A stretch of DNA of 64,000 nt from Octopus bimaculoides (GCF_001194135.2 NC_068984.1:57476642-57540641), one strand, 5' to 3'. Positions 23,086-37,570 are shown, counted from the first letter of the stretch. Translations and numbers: made by a program. Notes: a model not told the origin generated them from the sequence alone.

Positions 23086-24795
23086 GTAAAATAAAAACTT
23101 CATTCCACTCATTTTTTTTTTTAAATAAAGCATATTTGTAGAAATTTCTAGATGCTAGTTTTAGATGTTTTTTGTTTTTTCTTCATTCTTACCATTTTGG
23201 TTAGCAAGCACGAGAATACAGTTTTGTGCATCAATGCATAGTAGTTCTTCTCTATATTAAAAAATGAAAATATAAAATACCATTCCTCTGATACTCGTGT
23301 CTACTGGTTAAGTTATTGTTTTACCTTCTTTTCCAAAATGCACGGATAACTGTTTTCTTAACACTTTTTTTTTTCTCTCTTTTACTGAAATTCGGATACA
23401 CTGTTTCTTATTTCTACTTCACAATGCCAAGAAGTGTTTCTTTCTTTCTGTTCCTTTTGAATTGATTCCATTGTTTTTGGTTTCAAATTCTGTTTTGTTC
23501 TTCAGTTGCAAGTTTTTCTTTCTCTCCTTTTTTTTTTTCACTTTAATTTTTATTATTTATATTTCATTAATAGTTTTAATGAATTTTTTTTTCTGTGTGC
23601 TCTTATCTACCTAGATTTTAAATAAAATGTACAAAACTATTCTGCTAGCTGAAATGTATCATCATTTTTCGGTCTTAGATGAAGTTATGTAAAACATTCT
23701 TTAAATAAATACAGTATTTTCATGTGGATATAACAATTTACAATTGAAGAAAATAAATCTCCCTCAATGCTCTTTGCACATTGTAATAAACTATACTATC
23801 AAATTCTTAGTAAAATGAAACAAAAATCACTATTGTAATATTAATTAAATGAGAGCAGCATCCAGAATTCACTAAAATTATCTTTCTCCTCCATCCCTTT
23901 CAGTAATAAATCTTAACAAAATTAAAATCTTCCTGTACCCTACATTCGCTAAACTTCATTTAGTTAAAAGTCCTATACCACTTAATTTTAAGTTATGTTT
24001 TCTTATTTGTCATATTATATAATGTGTGTATGTGTATGAATGTATATTCTTTTACTTGTACCAAGTCATTGACTATGACCATGCTGGGACACTTCCTTCT
24101 AAGATATAGTTCATTATATCAGTCTCAGTATTTTTTTTATCAACTTAAGAAGGATGAATGGTAAAGCCAAACTCTTAATGCACATGGGTGTAACAAAATA
24201 CCAGAAAATATTTTGTCTAATGCTTTACCAATTCTTTGCATATATATATGTAAAGAATTGCTTTACACATGCATGCACACTTGTTCATTTCCAAACTTCT
24301 GTGAAAAATGTGTCTGGCCATGGGGAAATATTAACCTTGCTTGGAAACACGTAAGGGCTGGCAACAGGAAGGACAACCAGCTGTAGAAAATTTACCTCAA
24401 CAAATTCCATTTGATCTATGCAAGCATGGAAAAGTAGACATTAAATGGTGATGATGTATAAACTACAGCCAACTCTCAGTTGGACATGACTTGGTGATAT
24501 ATATACCATGCTTTTGCTAATTACTTTAGGTGTCTCTCCATGTCATGAAAAGGCATAAACACTTTTTTCAGCCTTCCTACATCCAAGATATGACAGCTGA
24601 AGGACAATATGATATACCAGCACTATGATGGTAGTTTTTGCTTTTTTCTACGCCAGAGGTATTTGGCTTCAGAGCACAGTAAGCCAGAACAAATATCACA
24701 AAGCATTTTATGCAATTCCCTAATGATTCTTCCAATCAGCTGTTTTAAAAGTGAAAATTATTATGACTTCCCCTTGGAATTTTATTGTAACTGTT

Positions 24796-24998
24796 CATCA
24801 GCATCATCATCATCGTTTAACGTCCGCCTTCCATGCTAGCATGGGTTGGACGATTTGACTAACGCCAACCACTCAGAGAGTGTAGTGGGTGCTTTTACGT
24901 GTCACCCGCACGAAAACGGCCACGCTCGAAATGGTGTCTTTTATGTGCCACCCACACAAGAGCCAGTCCAGGGGCACTGGCAACGATCTCGCTCGAAA
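24796..24998 (-). mobile_element. RTE-type tail copy with internal deletion
   Basis: (CAT)n-cgtttaacgtccgccttccatgctagcatggg...; lacks about 85 bp present in the 51424 copy. Confidence 0.8.
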
Positions 24999-25450
24999 AC
25001 CCAGGAGCTTTGTTGTGTGTGCTCATACACATACATACACACTTGCTTTCATGAATACATGTGTGTTAATACTTTTGGAATACTCCATTTTGATTTTATT
25101 TAATTTTTCTTCTCTTCCTTCCTTTGAATGCCTTCTACATTTCTGATTGATTAACAAATTAGATTTCTGTGTATATGTGTGTGTATATGAGTTCTATCTA
25201 ACCGTACTAGTTATGCATATGTTTTGCATATCACACATTCTGATGCACTTTATTGGTTGAGAATTCAAGATGCTTGCAAACTAGACTTCCCTTTTTGGAA
25301 GTCCAGGGTATTGAATTTTTAGTGTTGGAGTTGGTGAATGAACGGAAGTACGTTAATTGAATAAAAGATTGATAAGAACATTACTATCTGTTCATAGAAT
25401 ATGACAAAAAAAAAAAGTCTTTATGCAAATGTTATGTACTGTGATTTCAG

Positions 25451-25490
25451 GCAAATTCTCTGGATGGTTGTCCCGGAAAACTTCCATATG
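25451..25490 (+). CDS. Candidate alternative 40-nt cassette exon of the RhoGEF (alternative C-terminus GKFSGWLSRKTSI*)
   Basis: Flanked by gatttcag| and |gtaggt; open in the required phase-1 frame. Predicted only; no expression evidence. Confidence 0.4.
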
Positions 25491-25797
25491 GTAGGTTTTT
25501 GCATGCAATATGAGCTGATCATTATTCTAGTGTGTGAAGATGGACGCAATCTTGAGCAGACCTATTGTAAAATTTCTGGTGAGCCTGCTGCTATGAAAGG
25601 CATGCTGCCTGATAACAAAATACTTGCTCAGTTATAGTGTTTATAAATAAACCAAAACGTTGGAACATTTTAAAATCTCTTCTTCACCTTAATCCCCAAT
25701 TTGTTAAATATTTAGAAATGTATGTTGGTGGCAAAATATGTGATTTGATGCTATATAAATTCCAGTTGTGTCCAAAATTGTTTTAGTAGAAAGGAAC

Positions 25798-25847
<50 letters not shown>

Positions 25848-26853
25848 CTAATTTGTATCTATAAATATTAAATTACCTGGAAGGCTAATACTATCAATAA
25901 CATACCAAATAACTAAGTTTAAAAACTAAATTTTCTAAAAGGAAATTAGAGTTTCTTTTGAAATTTACACTGAAATATTTGGTAATAATTGCGTGTGTGT
26001 GTGTGTGTGTGCATACACACCTGCACACACATACACATGTGAAATGTTTTCTATACTTAGCCTTTATAAATAAATAATACAAATTTAAGATATCCAAGGT
26101 AGCATTATTTGAGGTGCTATGGTCAGATTGTTGTTGTAATTGAAGTAGACTGCTTGCTTTAATTTAATACAAGACTTTCTTTGGATTTTTGCTTTTCAAT
26201 TTTTAATTTCCATTTTGTATTTGCTTCCAAATTTAGTTTAATCATAGCTTATTTTTTAGAAATATATTTCCTTTATCTTATTTATATCATCTGTGTTTGA
26301 CTTAACATCATATCTAATTAAAATTTTGAATATTATATACACTTACAAAATTTTATTAAAAAGCAATTTTTTTTTTGAGGGATATTTAAATTTCATGAAA
26401 AATTTCTTTTCTGTTGACAACAGTGCTAATATGGTAAAATGGTTACATGATGTGTTAAATAGATTGAGTTCAAGTTTTCTGTTGCTGTCTTTTTTTCTTT
26501 TTTCTTTTTTTTTTTTTTGGTGTTTCTTCTGAGTTACTAAACAGAGCTCTAACCTCTGCTTAAATCTACATTTTCTGCTGAAATGACTAAGAAATATGCT
26601 TGATAAATGGATTTAACTGAAGTTTTCTGTTGCTGTGTTTCTAATTTCTATAATCAGAGCTTTTTTTAACTCCTGTCTAAATATATCTACACGTTCCATG
26701 TAGACTTAAATATTACTATTTTGTATTGTTTTAATTCGTAATCTTTGTCACTTCATTAGCAATTTGATGTCAGTGAGTGCTATATCTTTTATCTCTTACT
26801 GCAATCATATAATGATTGGATAAGATATGCCCAGTGTGGTTTATATTCATATT

Positions 26854-26885
<32 letters not shown>

Positions 26886-28544
26886 AAAGCTAGAAGTAAG
26901 GTATTTTTGAAGGAACACATTGTTAACTCTCAAGATACTAAAATTAGCTTCCTGATTTGACGTTTAGGTTTCTTATTTATGTTTGATTTTGGTTGAGTTG
27001 TGATAGTTCCACCTAGCTTTCAAATGATTATTCTTCATATATTTCTGTGTACATGAGATCAGGTAACTGCATAAATTAGTGTTAGCATTTTTAACGTAGG
27101 AAGCTAATTAGAAGTAATAATTAATGAAAAAAAAAAAAAATTGGGGATTTATTTTTTTGCAAGTAAAGGAAACAGCTCCTGACAGTTTCCACTTTTATTC
27201 TGGACTTGCTCAGCAAAATGTAGACTTCACATAACTAAAGTAGTCATACATGGTGTAGCAGAGAAAAATAGAATTCTTTAATAAATTATTCAGGAAAAAA
27301 AAAACCATTCACATGAAGAAAAAAGTTACTGCTAACATAATTAATCTCTGAAGCATTAAAAATTTAAATAGACAACATGCTCTTGGATGCAATATATCTG
27401 AATAAAAGATTGGATGATCACAGCTGGAAAGCCAATGTGATCATAGGTCTACTCAAGACTGACAGGGGGTTGGATGACAAAATGACTGGAAGAACTTATC
27501 AGACATCTAAGGCACTTGATCATGAGTATTGTTATGGGGAAACATATAAGACATCATAAAAGAGTAAAGATTATCTTGCTCTTTTACAAGCATTACTTAT
27601 CAAAAGCTGGAAATCAATCAGTTTTTTAAAAAGTGTGTTTGTTTATTTCTGATTTTGGTCCAAGTTATACTATTCATATACTTAACACTCTGTGGAGTGA
27701 AGTATATTAGAGACTTCTCTTAACTTGTTAAATTATTTTGTTAACATTTCAAATGACCTGGTATTTGTCCTCTCATCCTTAGGAAAGCAATGAATTTTAA
27801 ATTAGGACACCTGCCAATGAAGGAACATTTATGTCCTTTTTCAATCTGCTAGAAATAGCTGCCAAATCTTCCATAAATCCATCTAAGGGATATATTGTGT
27901 TGGCCAGTGTAGTTTGTTATATAGAAAAGGATGATATCATCATGGTTTGAATGCTTGTAATCACTGGCTTACTTGAGCTAAACATGAAGCTATGGAATAC
28001 AACCCATGAGATGTAGTTATGTATCTTTATACATCTTGACAGATTTCATTTCTATCAAAGAAAAATAATGTAACATTAATCTTGACTGGTATCACTTTTG
28101 AAGTACTATTAAATTTAAGTGGAGAATGTATTTTATTTTTTTACTGGTTTCAGTTATTGACCTGTGGTAATGTAGGGCACTACTTTCTAGGATTTTTAGT
28201 CAATTATAGTAACCATAGCACTTGTTTCAGTGTTATTTTATTGTTCTATATTATTTCTGATTGGCTAAATTAACATTCTGGACCCAAAATTAGTCTTGTT
28301 TTAGCTGGTTGTGTTGTCAAACAGATACAGACACACATATGAATGTGTATACATGTGTGTACACACATACAGAGATATAGGATGGGTTTGCACTCAGTTT
28401 CTGCCTACCCTATTCCACTCACAAAGCATTGATCAGCCTATGGTTATAGTAGAAGACACTTGCCTAATCTGCTCCAGTGGGAATAAACTTGGAACTATAC
28501 ATATGTGAAGCCAGCTTCTTAAACCACACAACCATTCCTGTACC

Positions 28545-28586
<42 letters not shown>

Positions 28587-29107
28587 NNNNNNNNNNNNNN
28601 NNNNNNNNNNNNNNNNNNNNNNNNNNNNNNNNNNNNNNNNNNNNNNNNNNNNNNNNNNNNNNNNNNNNNNNNNNNNNNNNNNNNNNNNNNNNNNNNNNNN
28701 NNNNNNNNNNNNNNNNNNNNNNNNNNNNNNNNNNNNNNNNNNNNNNNNNNNNNNNNNNNNNNNNNNNNNNNNNNNNNNNNNNNNNNNNNNNNNNNNNNNN
28801 NNNNNNNNNNNNNNNNNNNNNNNNNNNNNNNNNNNNNNNNNNNNNNNNNNNNNNNNNNNNNNNNNNNNNNNNNNNNNNNNNNNNNNNNNNNNNNNNNNNN
28901 NNNNNNNNNNNNNNNNNNNNNNNNNNNNNNNNNNNNNNNNNNNNNNNNNNNNNNNNNNNNNNNNNNNNNNNNNNNNNNNNNNNNNNNNNNNNNNNNNNNN
29001 NNNNNNNNNNNNNNNNNNNNNNNNNNNNNNNNNNNNNNNNNNNNNNNNNNNNNNNNNNNNNNNNNNNNNNNNNNNNNNNNNNNNNNNNNNNNNNNNNNNN
29101 NNNNNNN
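28587..29107. other. Assembly gap flanked by (TA)n
   Basis: N run. Confidence 0.99.
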
Positions 29108-29151
<44 letters not shown>

Positions 29152-31691
29152 TAGAAATGTTCAATAATTCCTTTTCTTTGTTTACATTACAAAGTTATTT
29201 TAAATGCTATAGCAATAAAAAATTAAGTTCAACTTTCCTTTGACCAAGACAGTTAGTCCAAAACCAGCACACATTCCCATTCCATTTAGAGATATATAAA
29301 GGAAAGCAACAAATGGAAATAATTCTCTTTACATTACTAGTCAAATGACTTTATTTCACTTCTTGACTATCTGATATCACAGATGTTTTCAATAGTGAAT
29401 GATGTTATTAGCCTTCTATATCCTATGAGCACTTTGATGAAGGGTCTGTAGTTGTTGCTTGTCTATAATAACTTAACAGATTTATCTAGCTACTATAGGA
29501 TACTCATATCTGTCTGTTGCAGATTACAGGCATTGACCAGCAACAACTACAATCAATAGGATTATTGTTCATTTTGAATTATGTTCTTATTATCAATATT
29601 TGCATTCCTCAAGGTGGTAATCTGGCAGAATTAGCATGCCAGGCAAAATGCTTGGTGACATTTTGTCTGTCTTTACGCTCTGAGTTCAAATTCTGCCGAG
29701 GTTGACTTTGCCTTCTATGTTTTGCAAGTAGTTTAGAATGTCTTAGATGTAAATATATGATCTATTTAAGTCATACACCTTTACACAATGGGTTTTCACA
29801 GTTTCCATCTACTAAATTCCACTAACATAGTATTGGTTAACTGAAAGCTATAATAGAAGACACTTGCTCTTGATACTGTGTAGTAGAATTGAATCTGGAA
29901 CCATGTGACTTGTGAAATGAACTTGTTACAAATATAGTCATTGAAAAGATTAAACTTGCTCTGTTATTAATCATTGTATTACATCAAGCATACATACATT
30001 TATCTCCCAGTGAGATCTTTAATACTTGTCTCTTCAGTCAATGGTTTATTTATGCCCATTCCTTGTGCTTATTTCTAGCTACCCTTAAAATACAAAAGAC
30101 AGTGTAGTTGTGAAGAAGTCTAGAGTTGAATCCCATAACACCCCAGTTTGCTTTTGTTGCTTGGTTATATTTTCAACTTTTCAATGTTATTAAAAAAAAA
30201 TAAAAAGGCAATCCAATTCTTTTCTATTGCCAACTGTCATTTCAATATTTTGAAAGTTTCCACTATGCTGTCATTATACCTGATTAGTTTATTGCTATTT
30301 TAAAAACAACATTTTTAATTGTTTCTCAAAAATGTTTGATAATTTAGTTGTAGGAATAAAATATGTTGAGTGTCATAGACAGCCACACGAACATATCTAC
30401 CATATGGGCCACCTAGTGTGTGAGTTTTGTTAGATACTTTAGATTTTCCCATGAAACATATGCTTCCAATATGTTTTCCATTTCACTCTCAACAGGCAAC
30501 AAATGTAGTTAACTCAAGGAGGTAACACATAATCTATGTCTCCCCCATCTTTCTCCCTCTCATAGTGTCACATTCAATGTATAAAGCACTGCAACAGTCT
30601 CAAAATATTACTGCTAGTGATAATCCAAAATATTGATGCCTAGCATAGATATAAAGGTCTCAGATTTAGAGGCGAGTTGACAGTGTAATGGTATTAATGA
30701 TTTCCCATGACCGGAACAGAAGTGAAAGTTTCAGTCAGGAGTTTATCCCTCCTACTCTACACTGATTACCACACAATAATCACAAGTATCATCGACTTTT
30801 TCTAAATAGAATCAAAAAACAAATACAGACTAAATATTTGCTGTTTCAAGCTCGTTCAGATTTAAATAGTAGTCTTTAGAATGTGAACAAATCATTATCT
30901 TCAAACAGTTTCTGCTAGTTTTACTAGTTTTGAAATAATCTTCTGCACAAATATTTTAATCAATTTTCTGAAAGATTTTTTTTTTTTCATAGCTATATTA
31001 GTACTATGAATGAGTTAACTGTTAACGTTTTAAATGTTAAGTGGTATTATAGACCTCATAAGCACCAATCAGTGTGTTTGCCTTCTTTTGGCCTCAAATT
31101 GATGCTTATAATGTCTATTATTACTATTGATATTCCTACTATTGTTGTTGCTGCTGTACTAAAAACTAACAGTTTTATTTTCTGAAATTGATCCAATATG
31201 TTGTGTTTCTTTACAAACTGATGTGCAAGAATATACCCTATGATATGTAACCATAGCAGACCATCTGTATAGAGTGATGCTATTTAGAGAAAACAGACAC
31301 CATGCTGGTAGTAACAGCTAGACAGTATCTAACACTTGGTTCTTAAAAAGATGTATGCTCTGAATACATTTCTCTCTTATATCTGTGTATGCGCTGTTCA
31401 CAGATGTCTTGTGCATATATTAAATTTTAAATGTGACAATGGATATATCTGAATTTATGCATCTACGCACACTAGCTCATACACACACATACATACAATA
31501 TTGATTTCTTATGTAGACATAGGATTTGTAAGAAAGCTAAAATGAAACTACATGAAGTCCATAACTTCCTCAAGTGCATTAGCAATCAGAATAGAAATAA
31601 AATGGTTACAAGAAATGAAGACTTGATTGCAGACTTAACTTGCCAGGAGCTTACCTTTAATTTATGATAGTTTTACATCTTCCTCTCCAAC

Positions 31692-31723
<32 letters not shown>

Positions 31724-33944
31724 TATATACATACACACACTTTTAAAAGAAACAAATCAATTTAACTTGGAAATACTTTAATTAGATTATTTGATAGAGG
31801 ATCTAATTCTGTATTTCTTTCTCTTTCACATATACATATGCCACCACAATTCTTTCCTAGATAGTGACACATATGCATACACACAACACCACAACCTTTT
31901 TGTTGTTGTCAATCACTCACTTTTTCTACACTGATTTGCTTTATACACAGCATATTCACTGTAATAAACACTGTTTTAGTGGTTAGCATTTTGTCCCACT
32001 TAGAATTAGATCCAGAAGAAAGCAATCTATCACTATGGCACAAATATGTTTTTATTTTACTTTGTATTTTTTTTTTCTGTTTTCTTTTTGTTTTTTTTTT
32101 ACTAGTGTTGTGATATTCCAACTGGAAATATAACTCCTTTTCTTTCAGATAAGACTTTTTTTTTTTTTGAAGTTACTATTTTATTAAACTAGATTGGCAA
32201 CTAAAAAAAAAACAGATTTTTTAGAGGAAAAAGGAAGTTATAGTGTTCATACCTAAAGAGACATCACAGTTACAAATTAACATTGTACAATAGGTTCTGT
32301 CACTGGTTGAAATTGGCCACTACAGTATATAACAACATGATAATAATGGTTTCTCACTTACACAGGGCCAGAAATTGTAAAATGAGATCAGGACCATCTC
32401 ATACACAGCAACCACTAATTCTTTATTTTTAATTAAACCGTAAGAGATAAAAGCCAAAGTTAATCAGTGTAGTGTCTGTACTCAGAATGTAAAAAAAATT
32501 AGATATTTCTTTATCATTTATTTCCCTATATTACCTTGAAAATAATAGTGTAGATGATTCTGTTTTGAGGTGGTCTAGTAATACTATAGATCAGTCACAG
32601 GCAAACTATGGCCTGCAGGACTTTCCCAGTGTCGAATGGTAAACTTTTGTGTAGTTTCCTTTATAATCTCTTTATATAGGAATCTATACTGAGATATAAA
32701 GAAGAATAAATTTTTATCTTTTACAACATTGTGAGTTTACCAAATATTCAACCAATCAAACTTCCAACTTACATTTATAGGTTTTCACCTGGAGTTGAAT
32801 TAAATCAGGAGCGTAAATCATGGTCTACTGTTGTGGCAAGAATAAGTTTGAAACAGTAAAAATTACAAGTGCCAGCAATTGTTGAATGACTGTTACTAAG
32901 ATATTGGTAGGACAAAATATTATAGTATAGAACTGGTTAATTATCTGTAACTTCATTTTAAATATACTGCCTGCTTAACAAAAATGTGGTAACTACTATT
33001 TTCAGGTAGCTGAGCTATATCCAATACACTACTGTTCTAATAACTGACTTTGATATAATTAGAACCTATGGTCTTTTGGACAGTAATTTAGAAGCTTAAC
33101 TACACAACTGTCATGTCATTTTCTTTGTAAAAATTTGCATCACTTGACAAAAATATGGTGGGACAAGTGGGAGGAAGGGCTAAACTTTTGAGTTTATTCA
33201 TGTAGTTGTTGATCCATCTTCCATCATTAGCTTGCCAGAAGGTACATTTTAAGATTTTTGATAATTTTTTTATTTACTTTTTTCCATAATCATGACTAAA
33301 TAAGAAAGGTAACTAAATGTTGTAACGTCATCTTATAGTTGTCACAAGTTTATCTCACAGTCAGTTCATTTGTACTTTCGAAAATGCAAATGTGACTATA
33401 TATTTTAATGATATTTGATGTCATTTGTTTGTGTTATTTTCACCAACATTGTATTCACTGTCAACAAAAGCTGTATTTGGATGTAGTCAAATATAATCAC
33501 TGTCTTAGGTGTGTTTTAAAGTCTACCAGTAATAATCTCACCCTAGATGTCTTATCTCATCACCTTTTGATGTTATTACAACAAATACGTGATAATGTCA
33601 TCTATTCTTAGAGGAATGGTTGTTGTCTTTAATATTTTGTAGATATTTGTGTTGGATTATTTTTAACAATAATAGCTAGCTGTCTTACTGATACTATATA
33701 CACTGATTACTGTATAGTCTCAAATGAAGTTAATTGCTTCATATATACATTTCTCCTTTCTCTCTTTCAACAGCTACATGAATTTTGCATGTTATTAGAA
33801 TAACTCTAGTTAATGAATGATAATAGTCATTAATGCATGTTTTTCTTTTTCTTTTTAATGCTAATTTAATTTATCTAAGAAAATGGAATCTATTTTGATT
33901 TAAGCCCCCTGCCTAAAATATACATATTTCTTCTGCTGGCTGGC

Positions 33945-34095
33945 TTTTCTCTTCTGAGCTTATTCTCTTAGATCTTTTACTTCATTAAATATGTTTTCAG
34001 TCTGTATTCTATACTTCTGGATTTTCTCTTGAGCTTATACTCTTAGATCTTTTACTTCATTAAATATGTTTTCAGTCTGTATTCTATACTTCTGG
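33945..34095 (+). repeat. Two-copy tandem duplication (~75 bp)
   Basis: 33945-34020 and 34022-34095 are nearly identical (gagctta..ctcttagatcttttacttcattaaatatgttttcagtctgtattctatacttctgg). Confidence 0.9.
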
Positions 34096-36218
34096 GTATT
34101 GGTTCTTTGGTGCTTATTGATTGCTATTCAATAATTGCAGCTTAAGCAATTCATAGTATCTTCTGCAGCCTCATTAATATTTTTGATGATTTAATAAAAT
34201 AGAACATAAGAATAAGAGCTGGCGAAGTTGTAAAAATGATACTGACATTATTATTTTCTTCCAGTTTTATCTTGTTCTTGGTTGTATAAAGGTCACACTA
34301 GCATTGTACCACCATCTCTCTCTCTCTTTTTTTTTTTTGTTCCATATATGGATAAGAGCATCAAAAAGAGGCAACTTAGCCTTGAAACTGCAGATATATA
34401 AGTTGGTTGGTCATTACACAGTTTGATAGCTATCAATACTTGGAACTTTGAAAATACTTTTTTGTCTTACAACAGTATACAAATGTTAAATTCCCTGAAC
34501 TGAAAACATAATTTCATGATAACCAGTATCTTTTACATTATTATTGAAATCTTTATTATAGTAAAGATTTTTGGGTTGAGCCATTGGACTACAGCTTTCA
34601 AGGGAACCACCAACAAGGCTTCAGTCAATTATATAATTCCCCACTACTTATTTCATTGATTGTTGAACCACTCTATATATTAAAATTTTTACAAAGTAAA
34701 AGGTTGACTGATTTCAAAGTTTCAGTTTTCCAGCTGTCATCAGGCTGTCTGACAACACTTGATAAGCCAAAACTTTGAAGTCACTGTCAACCTTTTCCTT
34801 GTCAAAATTATGTACTCTGCTAAGAAAGTATTGTGTGATCCTTTATTTTAATGTTAAATTGTTTTTGTCTTGGTCATCTATGTCCAGCTTATTATTTATC
34901 TACCACACAAAATTAAAAAAAAAGATTTTTTAATTAAATGAATCTAGTATTAATAACTTTAATTTAAATGAGTTCAACATATGGTAATTAGTTTTCTGCT
35001 AAATAGAGTTCATAAAAATTTAAACTTCACACTTGTTTCCTCTACCCCTTAGAAGAAAAGTCTCATGTTAAAAAGAAGCTTGTAACAAACAACCATGCTT
35101 CAGCTAATGTTTGCTGTTTATTTGGTAATTATCATTAGTGTTGCCTTATTAATAATCATTTTGTATTAGTGAGGTGTCTCAAACAGGTCTGTTAATTGGT
35201 CAGTTTTTGTCTTAGTGAAAACTATGTTCTCTACTTTAAAGATTTTAAAGGTCAAAGGTCTTTCTCTGTTTCACAAGTGAAATTTTAAGGTTAAATAATA
35301 TTAAAAATATTAAACTGATTATCAGGACATTGTAATCTCAATAAACAACATCGATAATATAGTTTTTAAGTATTTTCCACTCAAATTAATTCAAATAATC
35401 ATAAACATTTATCATGTTTCCTTTAATTTCATCATGAGTGTTATTTCATGTTACTAGATTTGTTTCATTTTGATTTTTGTTTCAACATCATCATTCATTG
35501 AATCAAAGGAGAAAACAACCCCATTACATTCATTTTGAAGTTTATGAATTTACTATTGTATATTTGTCATGTCATGTTATGTCATGTTTGTATGTTATTG
35601 TTATGCTCACTTACATATAATCCCACCAGAATGTTCTCCCAAACAATTTTGTATATCTACCTCTTGTTCTTGTTTAAATTTTTTAAAATAATGTTTTATA
35701 TTAATTCTCAATACAACCATCAATGGAATAAATTTTAGAAATTTTGATGTTCTCTACATTGTTGTAGAAAATGTCTATGGCTGGATTTTTTTTTTTTTTT
35801 TCTTAAGAATGAAACTCATTAGCTAGGCAAACTGAAACAGCAGAAGTTATATACTTTGTCCAGAAGAAAAACAAAAATGTTATGATAAGGTTTGAACTAT
35901 ATGATTTGTAGTCTAGCACCTTAAAGTGGTATTTTGCCTTGCAATAATCGGTATATTTACTTAATTAGTTGCCCTTGTGTAGTATTGTGAAATAAATTTA
36001 CTATTTATGCAACTTTTACATATTTACACTGAAAGCTTGGTAAAGTAAGTGTGCAAGCTTCTATGTGAATACAACTATTAATCTGTTAATTAAATATTTC
36101 AGACTTTTCTTTGTGTCATTCTGTACATACTATTCAATTATCAGTTGGTTATGTATTTTACTGCATATTTATCTTATTAATTTTCTCTGTCTTTTAACTA
36201 TAATATATTTGTTTTCAG

Positions 36219-36406
36219 AAAAATTAATGAAAAAGAATATGCCTATGTCATTTCGTCACCAGCAAGAATTATGGAAAAACCTTCCTGCTCATGCCACACT
36301 TCCTCGAGGCATGACCAATCCTACTACTTTGCTTGAGAGATTACCTCACACAGCAGCAAACAAAAAACGGAACTGGTTTTCTTTTGCTGGCAAGAAAAAG
36401 CGTTGA
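36219..36406 (+). CDS. ARHGEF9: RhoGEF terminal coding exon
   Basis: gttttcag|AA...CGT TGA; phase 1 fits the previous exon; (E)KLMKKNMPMSFRHQQELWKNLPAHATLPRGMTNPTTLLERLPHTAANKKRNWFSFAGKKKR*. The HATLP and KRNWF motifs recall the Asef/collybistin C-terminus. Confidence 0.8.
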
Positions 36407-36444
36407 ATCCAGAAAATAGTTTTGCAATGTGTATATTGCATGTA

Positions 36445-36450
36445 AATAAA
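36445..36450 (+). terminator. Candidate polyadenylation signal of the RhoGEF gene
   Basis: AATAAA about 40 nt after the stop, followed by a genomic A-run at 36470-36495. Confidence 0.4.
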
Positions 36451-36469
36451 ACTCTGATATTTAAAGAAC

Positions 36470-36500
<31 letters not shown>

Positions 36501-36913
36501 CCAAAATCCAAACTTCAAAGAAATAATAATTAAAAAAAAATGGACAAAAAGAAAATGAATGTAAAAGCAAAAGTAAACATACCAGAGTTGTGATCTTCCA
36601 CCAGAACTGGAGTTCTGACTGTGCTTCTCTCTATATAATATTGCATGCCAAGTCATAAATTATATTAAAAAAAAAAAACATTGCTTGGAAGAAATTACAA
36701 CAGATTAGAACAAAATTATGATTTAAAAGATCTAGAAGAGTTCAAAATATTTTGGAATATGTGCTGTTGATTTCTGGCCTTTGAGTGACATGAATTCTAT
36801 AGAGCTTCTTCAAAAGCTCCTGACACCAATTCAGCTACATTGTCATTAGAAACTGAGGACAATTAGAAATTTGAAAATCTGTTTCTGAGGCAAAAAAAAA
36901 AAAAAAAAAAAAA

Positions 36914-37538
36914 NNNNNNNNNNNNNNNNNNNNNNNNNNNNNNNNNNNNNNNNNNNNNNNNNNNNNNNNNNNNNNNNNNNNNNNNNNNNNNNNNNNNNNN
37001 NNNNNNNNNNNNNNNNNNNNNNNNNNNNNNNNNNNNNNNNNNNNNNNNNNNNNNNNNNNNNNNNNNNNNNNNNNNNNNNNNNNNNNNNNNNNNNNNNNNN
37101 NNNNNNNNNNNNNNNNNNNNNNNNNNNNNNNNNNNNNNNNNNNNNNNNNNNNNNNNNNNNNNNNNNNNNNNNNNNNNNNNNNNNNNNNNNNNNNNNNNNN
37201 NNNNNNNNNNNNNNNNNNNNNNNNNNNNNNNNNNNNNNNNNNNNNNNNNNNNNNNNNNNNNNNNNNNNNNNNNNNNNNNNNNNNNNNNNNNNNNNNNNNN
37301 NNNNNNNNNNNNNNNNNNNNNNNNNNNNNNNNNNNNNNNNNNNNNNNNNNNNNNNNNNNNNNNNNNNNNNNNNNNNNNNNNNNNNNNNNNNNNNNNNNNN
37401 NNNNNNNNNNNNNNNNNNNNNNNNNNNNNNNNNNNNNNNNNNNNNNNNNNNNNNNNNNNNNNNNNNNNNNNNNNNNNNNNNNNNNNNNNNNNNNNNNNNN
37501 NNNNNNNNNNNNNNNNNNNNNNNNNNNNNNNNNNNNNN
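36914..37538. other. Assembly gap
   Basis: N run between an A-tract and (TA)n. Confidence 0.99.

Positions 37539-37570
<32 letters not shown>

Noticed and set aside
24530-24600. Other phase-1 mini terminal exons (GVSPCHEKA*, AFLHPRYDS*)
   Set aside because: Only an AG followed by a short open frame, as expected by chance; no donor, motif or homology support.
28433-29164. ~240-aa ORFs here and at 36863-37597 and 61825-62623
   Set aside because: Artefacts of reading through N gaps.
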